Origin: Candidatus Methanophagaceae archaeon
GTDB lineage: Archaea; Halobacteriota; Syntropharchaeia; Alkanophagales; Methanospirareceae
DNA: 64,000 nucleotides
NCBI GenBank assembly: GCA_003194435.1
Contig: PQXC01000008.1
Coordinates: 19,773-83,772, forward strand
Reading direction: 5' to 3'
Shown here: one piece after another, positions 8,358 through 18,064 of the stretch
Numbering within the stretch: position 1 is the stretch's first letter
Layout of the letters: every line of letters begins with the position of its first letter
Translations under genes and position numbers: made by a program
Notes under the pieces: generated by a model
Database searches by the model: none
The model's input: the letters and a program-made list of their open reading frames with translations, nothing else
Told to the model about the DNA's origin: nothing

Positions 8358-10378
8358 CCACTTTCTCCTCTCATTCTTATTCGTCACCCCCGTTCTTAGA
8401 GCGGTATCTGAATGATTCGCTCAGTCTCCCAGATTTCTATTCCTTAGCTACATTGCTGAGAGTACAGAAGAGAGAAGCAGAAAGGTTGGTGATAAAGCAT
8501 AAGGAAAGAGCAGCGGGATGCAGGATCAGGGATCTGTTCTGCACGAAGGAGACGAGGGAACTGAGACGTGAGATTCTGGAGATGCTATCGCTCTATGCAG
8601 TGACTCGAATCGGTAGGGAGATGATTCTCACACTCATACCCACACAAGACAGAGAGGAACTCCAGAGGCGGTTCACTGATATACGAGCAGGTATAGAACT
8701 GGTGCAATTACTGGGCGCTGAGAATGTGACGAGGGTGCGGGAAATGCTATCAAAAGCGGAGATAAGGGGTATTGGCATCTTTAAAGCTCCCGTCGTCGCC
8801 GTTCAGGATAGAGATATAGAGCAGTTGATAAAATCAAACTATGGCGATTTTGTAACTGTGGAATTTCTGGATTCAACGGAGAAAGCGGAAGAGCTCGTGA
8901 ATAGAGAGAATAGCATTTTACTGATCGGTGAGCATGAGCATGAGCACGAATACGATGAACCTGGTATCATAACGAAACGGGTTGATGATTTATCAGAGCC
9001 CTGCGAGATATGTCCAGAGTTCGTGGTCAGGAGCTATGTAGCGAAGAAGAGTGCGATAGAGGTACTGATAGAGATTCTTGAGCAGTTTGAGGCTATCAGG
9101 AACTCAGAACTATTCAAAGAAGTCTCAATTGCCGATTTAAAAGCTGTATTATCGCTTATCAGTGTTGGTGAAGCAGAGGTTAAAGACAAGGACAGGGATA
9201 AGGATAAGGGGGCTGAGAGCTTCGACGAGATGATCTTGAGATATGAGGAGGAGATAAACAGGGAAGCCGTACGGATAATGAAGACGGGCGGTGGAGCAGC
9301 TGAATTCAGAGCTTATCTGGATGATATTCTGTTGCAGATGGCAGATGAGCTGATGCTCAAGGGAGAGGACAGAATCACACTCCGGGAAAGTGCTCTGGAT
9401 CTGGATGCTGGTGAGCCACCATTTGAATTCAGGAGGGATAAGATAGAGAGCCTGCGCCTGAAGTATAACAGGGAGAGGGGAGAGAGGAGCTATTACCGGT
9501 TGAGTGAATTGGCGAAGCAGCTGGAGCAGCAGAGGGAAGTGGTGAGAGAAGGTATCAAAAAACTCTTCTACCTCGATTTCATGCTCGCTACGGCGCTGTT
9601 CGCTCGTGACTTCGAGTTGAATCCCCCGGAGCTTATAGATGGGGGTCTGGGGTTGGAGATGGGGAAGAACATATTTCTGAAGGCTGAAGAGTTAAAAGGC
9701 GGAGAGAAGGTAGTTCCGGTATCCTACTCGATAGGGGAGGTGAAATTGGGCATCTTCGGCGCTACTCCACATCCTGTAGCCATCCTCACAGGTGCCAATA
9801 GCGGGGGTAAGACCTGTTTGCTTAATATGCTTGCAACATCTGTTATACTCACCGAGCTGGGTCTGCCAGTGCCTGCCGAGAGGGCGGAGATACCACTGCT
9901 GCCTCTTTATCTGTACAGGAGAAAGATGATAAAGAAGACGGGGTCTTTTGAATATTCGATGAGGGCATTGAGCAGGATATTCATGCGAGAGGGCGGGAAA
10001 GTGGTATTGATAGATGAACTGGAAGCGCTGACCGAACCAGGAGCAATGGGGCGTATAATGGCTTCAATCCTGAATAACCTGCCTGAAGGTACTCTCGGGG
10101 TGGTGATAACGCATTTGATCCATGAGATATTGCCGCATATAAGTATGGCGAAGATTCGGGTGGATGGTATAGAAGCCGAAGGTCTGGATGCCTCGGGTAA
10201 CATTATTGTGGATCGGCAGCCGATGTTCAACCATATCGGTTCGAGCATGCCGGAACTGGTGATAAAGAAGCTATTGGGACGAGTAAGGAATGAGGAATTG
10301 AGAACAGTATATGAGGAGATAATAGATGCACTGGCAACTGAGCGAGCGGAATTGGGCTCAAAGAGCAAAGATGGATGA
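8354..10378 (+). CDS. MutS-family ATPase (MutS2/MutS-like; no obvious mismatch-binding domain)
   Basis: Walker A ILTGANSGGKTCLLN and Walker B VVLIDELEALTEPG. MutS domain V-like arrangement in the C-terminal third. Confidence 0.6.
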   Translation: MTTFSSHSYSSPPFLERYLNDSLSLPDFYSLATLLRVQKREAERLVIKHKERAAGCRIRDLFCTKETRELRREILEMLSLYAVTRIGREMILTLIPTQDREELQRRFTDIRAGIELVQLLGAENVTRVREMLSKAEIRGIGIFKAPVVAVQDRDIEQLIKSNYGDFVTVEFLDSTEKAEELVNRENSILLIGEHEHEHEYDEPGIITKRVDDLSEPCEICPEFVVRSYVAKKSAIEVLIEILEQFEAIRNSELFKEVSIADLKAVLSLISVGEAEVKDKDRDKDKGAESFDEMILRYEEEINREAVRIMKTGGGAAEFRAYLDDILLQMADELMLKGEDRITLRESALDLDAGEPPFEFRRDKIESLRLKYNRERGERSYYRLSELAKQLEQQREVVREGIKKLFYLDFMLATALFARDFELNPPELIDGGLGLEMGKNIFLKAEELKGGEKVVPVSYSIGEVKLGIFGATPHPVAILTGANSGGKTCLLNMLATSVILTELGLPVPAERAEIPLLPLYLYRRKMIKKTGSFEYSMRALSRIFMREGGKVVLIDELEALTEPGAMGRIMASILNNLPEGTLGVVITHLIHEILPHISMAKIRVDGIEAEGLDASGNIIVDRQPMFNHIGSSMPELVIKKLLGRVRNEELRTVYEEIIDALATERAELGSKSKDG

Positions 10379-10400
10379 ATGGGATAGGAGTGATACCACA

Positions 10401-11420
10401 ATGGGAGCGAATACGAATATAAATACAAATACGAATACCGGATATTTCCCCTATCTGCGCATCGGTAAGATGAACGAGATATTGAAGCAGATACCGCTGC
10501 AATACATCTCGGTAGTGAATGAGTTCTCAACCAGGGGCATAGCGAGTGCGATTGGAGTGAGTATGACCACAGTTAATAATCTTATAGCGACAATGAAATC
10601 GCTCGATTTCGTTGTTGGGCGGCGGAGATTCTTGTTTACACGCCCGGGTGCGGACTATTCAGTTCTAATAAGGACGGATGAAGATGCAGCGAAGAAGATA
10701 CTGGAAGAGCAGACGAAAAAGATCGAGTATTTTGCAGTGGTGAAGCAGGAACTGATTCAGAAAGGGGAACTGACGATTTTTGAGATTGGTGAGGAGATGG
10801 TAAAACGGTATGGCAAGAATTGGACAAACCCGCTGACTTTAAAGACCTATGGCGCTGCAATTGCAACCATACTTGATTTCACAGGCTTTGGGCATTATAG
10901 AAGTGGGATTTTAAGACTTGAGGAAGAGAAGGAAGGGATGGACATCCCCGTTCCTTACCTCAGTGTGGAGAAGATGCTGAAGATAATGGATGCTCTATTC
11001 CCCGGGGGCAGTGAAATACATAAGCTTGCAGCAGAACTGGGAACAGAGGAGAGACGGCTGAGTCAGGAACTCTCATGTTGTCGTGCAATGGGGTTTGTCA
11101 GATACCCACGGAGAGGTTTTTACGAATTGACAGAGGATGGGCGGGAGATAACACGCAGCAGTGAAGGACTCAGGAAGAAGAAGTTCACCAACCATCTGCT
11201 TGGTTCTGGTTATAAAAAACTTATAGACAGGCTACAGCAGCAACTACATGCTGACGATAAAATAACGCTGGTAACGCTTGGTGACCTCTTGGAGAAGGAA
11301 TATAACAGGCAATGGTCGGAGATAACGAAGCGAACATACGCGAAGAAGTTCTTAAACTGGCTCAGGTATTCAGGCATCGTGGTCAAGGTAGAGGGAGGAT
11401 ATAAATTGCGTGTATCTTAA
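10401..11420 (+). CDS. Hypothetical protein, probably winged-helix DNA-binding; start uncertain (ORF opens at 10326)
   Basis: The ORF overlaps the MutS-like gene end. Internal Met at 10401/10470. The N-terminal NTNINTNTNT repeat comes from the tandem aatacgaatataaatacaaatacg. Confidence 0.3.
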   Translation: MGANTNINTNTNTGYFPYLRIGKMNEILKQIPLQYISVVNEFSTRGIASAIGVSMTTVNNLIATMKSLDFVVGRRRFLFTRPGADYSVLIRTDEDAAKKILEEQTKKIEYFAVVKQELIQKGELTIFEIGEEMVKRYGKNWTNPLTLKTYGAAIATILDFTGFGHYRSGILRLEEEKEGMDIPVPYLSVEKMLKIMDALFPGGSEIHKLAAELGTEERRLSQELSCCRAMGFVRYPRRGFYELTEDGREITRSSEGLRKKKFTNHLLGSGYKKLIDRLQQQLHADDKITLVTLGDLLEKEYNRQWSEITKRTYAKKFLNWLRYSGIVVKVEGGYKLRVS

Positions 11421-11510
11421 GTTTTAAGTTTTAATCTTAATTAATACTGATTATAATGAAGAACCGCAGGAGGAGGCTGTTTCAAATTTGAGAAAGGGCA
11501 GGTAAAAGAG

Positions 11511-13175
11511 ATGCAGAGAAGTAAAGGTTTAATAAGTGATATAAGGGTGATAACGCTGTTATTGTTCGTTTTAGCCGCGCTCATTGCCATTTATGTCTAT
11601 CCACCGCCACCTGCTGATGCGGGATTGAATGGCAACTTACAGTACGGGTTAGACCTCGTAGGTGGCTCTTCATTGCAGTTGAAGTTGAATGGTACCTTGG
11701 TTGGGATTGATGCGCCTGAAGACGTTAACGAATCCCGCGTTGCATCATACCTCAGCGATGCGCTGGATACCGAAGTTAGACCTTACAGGACTGCACGTGG
11801 CGAAATAAAGTACGAGATACGGAAGAGCGTTACAACGGAGCAACTGGCGGATGCTCTTAAGGGTATCAACGCCACGATAGCGAAGAAGCCGGATGGCAAA
11901 CTGGATTTTGAGGAAGGAGTGACCCGGGAGACGCGCGATGAGACCAGGCGAATAATAGAGACGAAGCTGAATATGCTGGGTCTGGCAAGCACAAGGGTAA
12001 GAACAGCAGGCAGTAATTTGCTGGTCATTGACCTTGCGGGGATTGATATAAAGACCGCAGAGTCGCTTGTAGGCGAGCCAGGTAAGTTTGAGATACGGAT
12101 ACAGACGAATGGAACCGGCGGAGAGATAAAGGTGGGAGAGCACCTGAGCGAGATTGAGAACATCACCGAGCATGTTGTCTACGGTAGCGAGGGAATACGC
12201 AGTGTAAGGATGGTCCCCCAGAGGAGTAAGAGCGGATCCTGGGGTGCTCCCTTTACACTGACCGAGAAAGGTGCCACTGCACTCAGGGATGCTGCTATAA
12301 AGTATGGCGCTCTTGATAATCCAAGAGACCACGAACTGGTAATGCTGCTCGACAACGTGGTCGTTTACAGTGGACCACTGGATCCAAATCTTGCGGAAGA
12401 ACTGCGCAATGCGCCTGTATATAGCCTTATATCCGAGACGGGTGTGGGTGATGAGGGTTTAAAGCGAGCAAGGGAACTGATAATACACTTGAAAGCGGGT
12501 GCTTTACCGGTGAATGTGCAGGTGATAGGTTCAGGTGAAGTGCCGGCGTATCTGGGCATGAAATTCAAGAAAGGTGCTCTAATTGCGGGTTTACTCGCTC
12601 TTATCGCCGTTACAATCGTCGTTGCCGCACGATACCGTGAGAAGAGGATAATATTGCCGATGTTCTTTGGGCTACTCAGCGAGGTAATCCTGATATTAGG
12701 GATAGTAGCCACGATGAACTGGCTAACGATAGGCATGATGGGTATTCTACTGGTGGTGTTACTCATCGGGGCACTGCTGAGATGGTGGAAATATCCAGTG
12801 ACAGACCTGACGGTTGGCGTAGCAGTGTTACTGGTTATATCTGTATTTATACTATCGGCGGGCAAATGGCAGCTGGACTTGCCCAGCATCGCGGGTATAA
12901 TCGCCGTAATTGGTACCGGTGTGGACCAGATGGTGATAATAACTGATGAAGTACTTTCCGGTGGCAGGTCTTCCTCAATGTACCATAAGCGTATCTCATT
13001 TGCTTATGGCATTATATTCGCATCCGCAGCGACAACAATAGTTGCTATGCTTGCACTCGCATTTATGGCTCTTGGCACGCTCAGGAGTCTCGCAATTGTG
13101 ACTATAATCGGACTCATGATAGGTATTTTTATTACAAGACCAGCTTATGCACGGATAATAGAGCTACTGGTTTAA
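11511..13175 (+). CDS. SecD-like / RND-superfamily export membrane protein (N-terminal TM, large extracytoplasmic domain, C-terminal 5-6 TM bundle)
   Basis: Topology TM(13-30) + soluble domain + C-terminal TM bundle. The GLDLVGGSSLQLKL start of the soluble domain resembles the SecD P1 domain. TM region has IGTGVDQMVIITDEVL. No adjacent secF. Confidence 0.4.
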   Translation: MQRSKGLISDIRVITLLLFVLAALIAIYVYPPPPADAGLNGNLQYGLDLVGGSSLQLKLNGTLVGIDAPEDVNESRVASYLSDALDTEVRPYRTARGEIKYEIRKSVTTEQLADALKGINATIAKKPDGKLDFEEGVTRETRDETRRIIETKLNMLGLASTRVRTAGSNLLVIDLAGIDIKTAESLVGEPGKFEIRIQTNGTGGEIKVGEHLSEIENITEHVVYGSEGIRSVRMVPQRSKSGSWGAPFTLTEKGATALRDAAIKYGALDNPRDHELVMLLDNVVVYSGPLDPNLAEELRNAPVYSLISETGVGDEGLKRARELIIHLKAGALPVNVQVIGSGEVPAYLGMKFKKGALIAGLLALIAVTIVVAARYREKRIILPMFFGLLSEVILILGIVATMNWLTIGMMGILLVVLLIGALLRWWKYPVTDLTVGVAVLLVISVFILSAGKWQLDLPSIAGIIAVIGTGVDQMVIITDEVLSGGRSSSMYHKRISFAYGIIFASAATTIVAMLALAFMALGTLRSLAIVTIIGLMIGIFITRPAYARIIELLV

Positions 13176-13280
13176 GTTTAATTTGTTGCAAGCAAATCCC
13201 TTTTCTCCACAGCCTGAAAGTATGCATTTACATTTAAATAGAATGGAAGGGAATATAGAGGGTAGTAGAAAAGAGACAGG

Positions 13281-14108
13281 ATGGAACAGAAGAAGCTGAT
13301 GAAGCTGATGCTGATAATACTGTTGATAGTCCTTAGAGTGGCATTGGGGGCAATGCATGGAGCGACAGGAGACCAGGCAGTGATCAACGTGAGCGTGAAT
13401 AATGTACCACCCGAGATAACAGAGGTCGTGATAACGCCCGACACGGTATCGCTGAGTCCATGCCCGGATACCACGCCGGTCATGATAGAAGTGAGTGCAG
13501 TTGATGACAACGGCGCTGATGATATAGGCAGCGTAGAACTGACTGTATTGACTGACAGCGTGGGTAACGATGCAAGCAGTAACCTTACGACATCACTGCC
13601 CGTTGTAATGGTATACAATGCAAGTAATGGCATGTATGAGGTGCCGGTGTATTTGAAGTGCACCACACCCAGCAACTCATATATCGCAGTGGTTTCTGCT
13701 ACTGACAGTATGGGTGCCTCAAGTTCTGCTAACGCGTCCTTCTCCGTTCAGACAACCCGCGCGCTTCGGATAGACTTCAGTGTGCTGGATTTCGGTGCAA
13801 TTGATCCGGGTAATACTTCAATCATTGCCGGCGATGCCAATATGAGTACACCAGTGGCGCCAACGATAAAGAATATAGGTAATACAAAGATGGATGTGGG
13901 GATGAAGATAGAGGGAGAGCTTTTCCCCATTAATACCAGTTGTACACTTGAAGGAACTACAAGGACTCTTACCACAACCACACAATCATTTGGAGTGAGT
14001 ATAGCTCCGGGTAATGCCATTGCAGCAGATTTTAAACTTTTCGTTCCTATCGGAACACATGCAGGCACCTATACCGGGCAACTTATCATCGAACCTGTCG
14101 CGGCATAA
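13281..14108 (+). CDS. Secreted cell-surface protein with a CARDB/Ig-like domain
   Basis: Signal peptide MEQKKLMKLMLIILLIVLRVALGA. Its C-terminal domain is homologous to the C-terminal domain of the subtilase (FGAIDPG...GDANMSTP...KNIGN...). Confidence 0.45.
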   Translation: MEQKKLMKLMLIILLIVLRVALGAMHGATGDQAVINVSVNNVPPEITEVVITPDTVSLSPCPDTTPVMIEVSAVDDNGADDIGSVELTVLTDSVGNDASSNLTTSLPVVMVYNASNGMYEVPVYLKCTTPSNSYIAVVSATDSMGASSSANASFSVQTTRALRIDFSVLDFGAIDPGNTSIIAGDANMSTPVAPTIKNIGNTKMDVGMKIEGELFPINTSCTLEGTTRTLTTTTQSFGVSIAPGNAIAADFKLFVPIGTHAGTYTGQLIIEPVAA

Positions 14109-14111
14109 GGC

Positions 14112-14170
14112 GTAAGTATAACTCTAACTATAACTCTAACTAACTCTAACACTAACTCTAAAGGGGGGGG
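14112..14170. repeat. Four imperfect tandem copies of AACTCTAAC, followed by a G8 homopolymer 12 nt upstream of the ATG at 14182
   Basis: taactctaactataactctaactaactctaacactaactctaaagggggggg, seen directly. Confidence 0.7.
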
Positions 14171-14181
14171 AGAAGAGAAGC

Positions 14182-15555
14182 ATGAAATGGATAATTATGA
14201 GATTGGGAATAGATAAAGAACTGCTCTCCATGGCTATTATGGCTATGATTATGCTACCTATACCTGCGGTGGTACAACCCACTTTCGCTATCCAGAATAT
14301 GGTCTCCTCGAACGCGAGTGTGATGAATGTCGTGCCAGATGTGCATGTGGAATTAGCACCAGACGATGACCCTGAGAGACCGGGTGTGCAGGTGATTAAC
14401 CCTGCTCCTGGAATGAATAAGACCGTCATGATTACCGCGAATATAAGCGATATAAATGGTTATGGTAACTTACAGACGGTAAGGTCAGTGGTAAGAGGTC
14501 CGGGAGTGGGAGTAATAGAGGGTCCATTCAATTTGAGCTTTGACCATCCAGTGAGTGTTACCACAGCGGAGTATAAAGGCACGTTTAATCTCTCCAACCA
14601 TCCAGAGGGCGAGTATAAAGTGGAAGTGAATGCAACAGATAAGGGTGGACTCAGTAGTGTGGGCTCCAGTAACTTCTCTTATCTCTACGCTGATATAACA
14701 CCGCCGGTAGTGACGAACCCGAGCGCGAACCCAGCATCAGTGCTCGCAGATGGCATTCAGGAATCGCGACTCAATGTGAGTGTCCGTGACGATAGTGGTG
14801 TTTATTCTGTGAGGATCAACCTGAGCAGTATAGGAGGACCGGAAGCGAAGGAGATGTCTAATATCCCCGGTACTGATATTTACACCACAACCACCACCGT
14901 CAAAGTTGGCACCCCACCCGGGGACTACCACCTTCGGGTTAATGCCACAGACAACAGCACGAACAGAAACTCTAATACCTCAGTGGCTATACAGTTAACA
15001 GTGCTCCCGCCTGAAATCGTCACCACCTATGATTTCTCCACTGGTGCAGGCTATAACAGGTGGGCATACCGGAAACAGCATTATTTCAAGCCCCCGGCAA
15101 CAAACTCTGTACCACGAATCGCATTCAGTCAGCAGCAATATAGCCGGATAAGTGCAAATGATGGCTCTTTTCAGTTTGATCGCAGCAGTTTGAACGGCTA
15201 TTACGCTATTCACAGGTTCAAATTCAAGTTAAAAGAGCCGGAATCGTGCATAAAAGAGCTCCACGTGCTCTGGGATGGTATAGGTATGCACGACCTTGGC
15301 ATTCCTGGTGCCACGCTCTACATCTGGAATTATGAATCAGGAGCATATGAAGAACTGGATAAGAGGATAAGAAGGGTTTTCACTCTGGAAGGCACAGTAA
15401 GGCATCACGTAGGTGAATATATTGATGATGGAACACTGGTATTAGCAGTGCAGCAGAACTTTCCGCAGTGGGGATTCTGGCGCTGGCGATTCCATTCCCG
15501 AATAGGAACCGATTATGTAAGGGTGGATGTCATACACACACCTGTGGGGGTGTAG
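14182..15555 (+). CDS. Secreted surface protein with Ig-like/adhesin-type repeats
   Basis: N-terminal hydrophobic signal (MAIMAMIMLPIPAVV). Thr/Ser/Asn-rich beta-rich composition. No catalytic motifs. Confidence 0.4.
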   Translation: MKWIIMRLGIDKELLSMAIMAMIMLPIPAVVQPTFAIQNMVSSNASVMNVVPDVHVELAPDDDPERPGVQVINPAPGMNKTVMITANISDINGYGNLQTVRSVVRGPGVGVIEGPFNLSFDHPVSVTTAEYKGTFNLSNHPEGEYKVEVNATDKGGLSSVGSSNFSYLYADITPPVVTNPSANPASVLADGIQESRLNVSVRDDSGVYSVRINLSSIGGPEAKEMSNIPGTDIYTTTTTVKVGTPPGDYHLRVNATDNSTNRNSNTSVAIQLTVLPPEIVTTYDFSTGAGYNRWAYRKQHYFKPPATNSVPRIAFSQQQYSRISANDGSFQFDRSSLNGYYAIHRFKFKLKEPESCIKELHVLWDGIGMHDLGIPGATLYIWNYESGAYEELDKRIRRVFTLEGTVRHHVGEYIDDGTLVLAVQQNFPQWGFWRWRFHSRIGTDYVRVDVIHTPVGV

Positions 15556-15560
15556 TTGTA

Positions 15561-17594
15561 GTGAATGAGCACAATGTCCACAATGTCAATGTAGCAATCA
15601 TCATAGCAGTTATAGCGGTCATAATCTCATTGCCTGCCCTTATTGGTATTGCAGGCGCTTCGGCTGGGTCGGCTGGGTTACCAAGTAACTACAATCACAA
15701 TCATAACCACAATCATAACCGCAATCATAGCCACAACCACAATCCCGGCTTAAAGCAGGTGATAATAATCATGAAGGATAAACAGGTAGCAAAGCAGGTA
15801 ATGAGGGTACTGAAGCAGGATATAAGCACTTATGGCGGTAAAATTAAGTGCGAGTATAAGTTGAAGCCGGCAGTAGCAGCTTCTCTGCCGCCTGCGGTGA
15901 TACAGAGGTTGAAGAAGAATCCGAATCTGCGCATAATAGATGACCTGCCGGTATATACAGTAGGAGAGAGCCTCGATTGGGGGGTAGACCGGATAGATGC
16001 GGATATAGTCCATCCAGAAAACAGAGGAACGGGAGTTAATGTAGCCATTATGGATACAGGCATTGATTACAACCATCCAGACTTAGCTGCCAACTATCGG
16101 GGTGGCTATGATTTCGGTGGAGATTACCCGGGAGCGGCGAATGATGATGACCCTATGGACACCCGCGGGCATGGGACCCACTGCGCGGGCATTGTCGGAG
16201 CGATAATGGGGAATGGGATAGGAGTTATAGGTGTTGCTCCTGAAGCAGACCTGTACGCGGTTAAAGTGTTCCCTGATAATTCCAATACAGGGAATTACAG
16301 TGATATTATCGAGGGACTGGAGTGGTGTATCAACACACACATGGATGATGACCCCAATAACGATATACAGGTAATATCAATGAGTTTCGGCTCGGATGTA
16401 AACGAAGGGGACCCGGGAATCGAGCCATGGATTGATGCAGCATACAATGTTGGGATTCTGCTGGTAGGGGCGGCAGGTAACGCAGGCAGTGGAACGGACA
16501 CTGTAATTTACCCTGCGAGATATGAGAATGTGATTGCAGTTGGGGCAACGGATAAGAATGATAACAGAGCGTGGTTCTCGAGTACCGGTCCTGCGGTCGA
16601 ACTGGCAGCACCTGGCGTGAGTATCAAATCAACCGGCTTAAATGGTGGCTATTTCGTGATGAGTGGAACCTCGGTCTCATGCCCGATGGTAAGTGGAACA
16701 GCAGCACTGGTCTGGTCTGCCTATCCCAGATACGATAATACGCAGGTAAGGCAGAGATTGCAGATGACTGCTGAGGACCTTGGTACACCGGGTAGAGATG
16801 AATGGTATGGATATGGGTTGGTGGATGCGGGAAAAGCTGGGAAACCACCAGAAACAGAAACACCACCTGTAGTAGAGAGTGTCAGAATAATCCAGGATAA
16901 TGATACTGAGTCGGCAGAAGAAGGCGTAAACGTGAGTATAGAGCCTGAACCGGGTGGCAACAGGACTGTTACTGTCTCGGCAGTGGTAAAGGACGCAGAT
17001 GGGTGGGACGATGTGAATACAGTGATAGCAAAAATAGAGGGTCCTGATACCGTTGCTGATAGCCCCGTTATTCTACACATTATCTCTCATAATGAGACCA
17101 CCGGTATCTTCAGCGGGAGATTTAATATGAGTTTTTATTATCACAGCGGGGAGTATGTGGTGAATGTAACGGCAGTGGATAGGACAGGTTTAAGTGGATA
17201 CAACTCCACATCGCTATTCTATCTACCAGCAATCGCGCTGGAACTCGATGCTGATACGATTGCTTTTGGCTCTTTAGACCCTGGAGAGAGCCGAGAAGTG
17301 CTGGGTGATGCAGATATGAGCACCCCGGAGTATCCAACGGTATGGAACACCGGGAATGTAGCGATTGATATAGAAGTGAATGGGACGGGACTGAGCACAC
17401 TCGGAAGCGATGTGATAGCAGTGAGGATAGGCGATGAATATAAGGAACTGGGAGAGCCAAGACGCTTTTACGTGAATATTTCACCTGATGGGAAAAGCGC
17501 GGTGGATTTCAAACTCTCTGTACCCTGTGGAACACCCTGTGGTAATTACAGCGGCAGAGTGAGTCTGAAAGCTGTGATGCATTCGTATTCGTGA
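15561..17594 (+). CDS. Subtilisin-like serine protease (peptidase S8) with I9 propeptide and C-terminal CARDB-like domain; non-ATG (GTG) start inferred
   Basis: Catalytic triad blocks VAIMDTGIDYNHPDL (Asp), HGTHCAGIVGA (His), GTSVSCPMVSGTAALV (Ser). The signal-like AIIIAVIAVIISLPALIGIAGA is followed by the HN-repeat NYNHNHNHNHNRNHSHNHN. The first in-frame ATG (15771) would lack a signal peptide. Confidence 0.75.
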   Translation: MNEHNVHNVNVAIIIAVIAVIISLPALIGIAGASAGSAGLPSNYNHNHNHNHNRNHSHNHNPGLKQVIIIMKDKQVAKQVMRVLKQDISTYGGKIKCEYKLKPAVAASLPPAVIQRLKKNPNLRIIDDLPVYTVGESLDWGVDRIDADIVHPENRGTGVNVAIMDTGIDYNHPDLAANYRGGYDFGGDYPGAANDDDPMDTRGHGTHCAGIVGAIMGNGIGVIGVAPEADLYAVKVFPDNSNTGNYSDIIEGLEWCINTHMDDDPNNDIQVISMSFGSDVNEGDPGIEPWIDAAYNVGILLVGAAGNAGSGTDTVIYPARYENVIAVGATDKNDNRAWFSSTGPAVELAAPGVSIKSTGLNGGYFVMSGTSVSCPMVSGTAALVWSAYPRYDNTQVRQRLQMTAEDLGTPGRDEWYGYGLVDAGKAGKPPETETPPVVESVRIIQDNDTESAEEGVNVSIEPEPGGNRTVTVSAVVKDADGWDDVNTVIAKIEGPDTVADSPVILHIISHNETTGIFSGRFNMSFYYHSGEYVVNVTAVDRTGLSGYNSTSLFYLPAIALELDADTIAFGSLDPGESREVLGDADMSTPEYPTVWNTGNVAIDIEVNGTGLSTLGSDVIAVRIGDEYKELGEPRRFYVNISPDGKSAVDFKLSVPCGTPCGNYSGRVSLKAVMHSYS

Positions 17595-17597
17595 TAC

Positions 17598-18002
17598 TCA
17601 GAGGTAAGGTTTCAGAACACGTTCTATCTTCATCCGTACCTCCTCGGTGGGTGTTATCGTCTCGTTCTCTATCTTTCTTAGCAATGAGTGCTTCTCATTG
17701 ATCATTCTGGCGAGCTCTTCCTGTTTCAAGCCCGCCTTCTCCCTCGCCTCTTTCACCTTGCGACCATAATCCTCCATATCCACATCCATATCGAGCTCTT
17801 CTATCTCTATATCCCGCTCCATCTGGTACAGATCCCTCCTCCGTGCAAGTAACGAAGAGCTGTTCTCTTTCTTCTCTGGCTCCACCACTGCTGTTCCATA
17901 ACGCGCACAGGCTTCGCATACCCTCAATTTTGAAGTCCCTATCTGGATATAGCGCGCATGCCCTTTCTTTATCTCCGCGCCACATATCTCACACTCGGTC
18001 AT
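17598..18002 (-). CDS. mbf1: Archaeal multiprotein-bridging factor 1 (zinc ribbon + HTH_XRE)
   Basis: N-terminal CEICGAEI...CEAC zinc ribbon. C-terminal HTH LKQEELARMINEKHSLLRKIE. Confidence 0.75.
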   Translation of the reverse strand: MTECEICGAEIKKGHARYIQIGTSKLRVCEACARYGTAVVEPEKKENSSSLLARRRDLYQMERDIEIEELDMDVDMEDYGRKVKEAREKAGLKQEELARMINEKHSLLRKIENETITPTEEVRMKIERVLKPYL

Positions 18003-18064
18003 CTCATTTTTCCCTCCTCTCTCCTCTCATTATCTATTTATATAGCAGAGTGGAGAAGTAAATA

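Noticed and set aside
15553-15555. TAG at the end of the 14182 ORF as a possible pyrrolysine read-through into the subtilase
   Set aside because: The subtilase is in a different reading frame, so no in-frame TAG read-through product is possible.
16083-17484. Multiple minus-strand ORFs inside the subtilase gene
   Set aside because: The subtilase catalytic motifs are unambiguous on the plus strand; the antisense frames are Pro/Ser/His-rich low-complexity.
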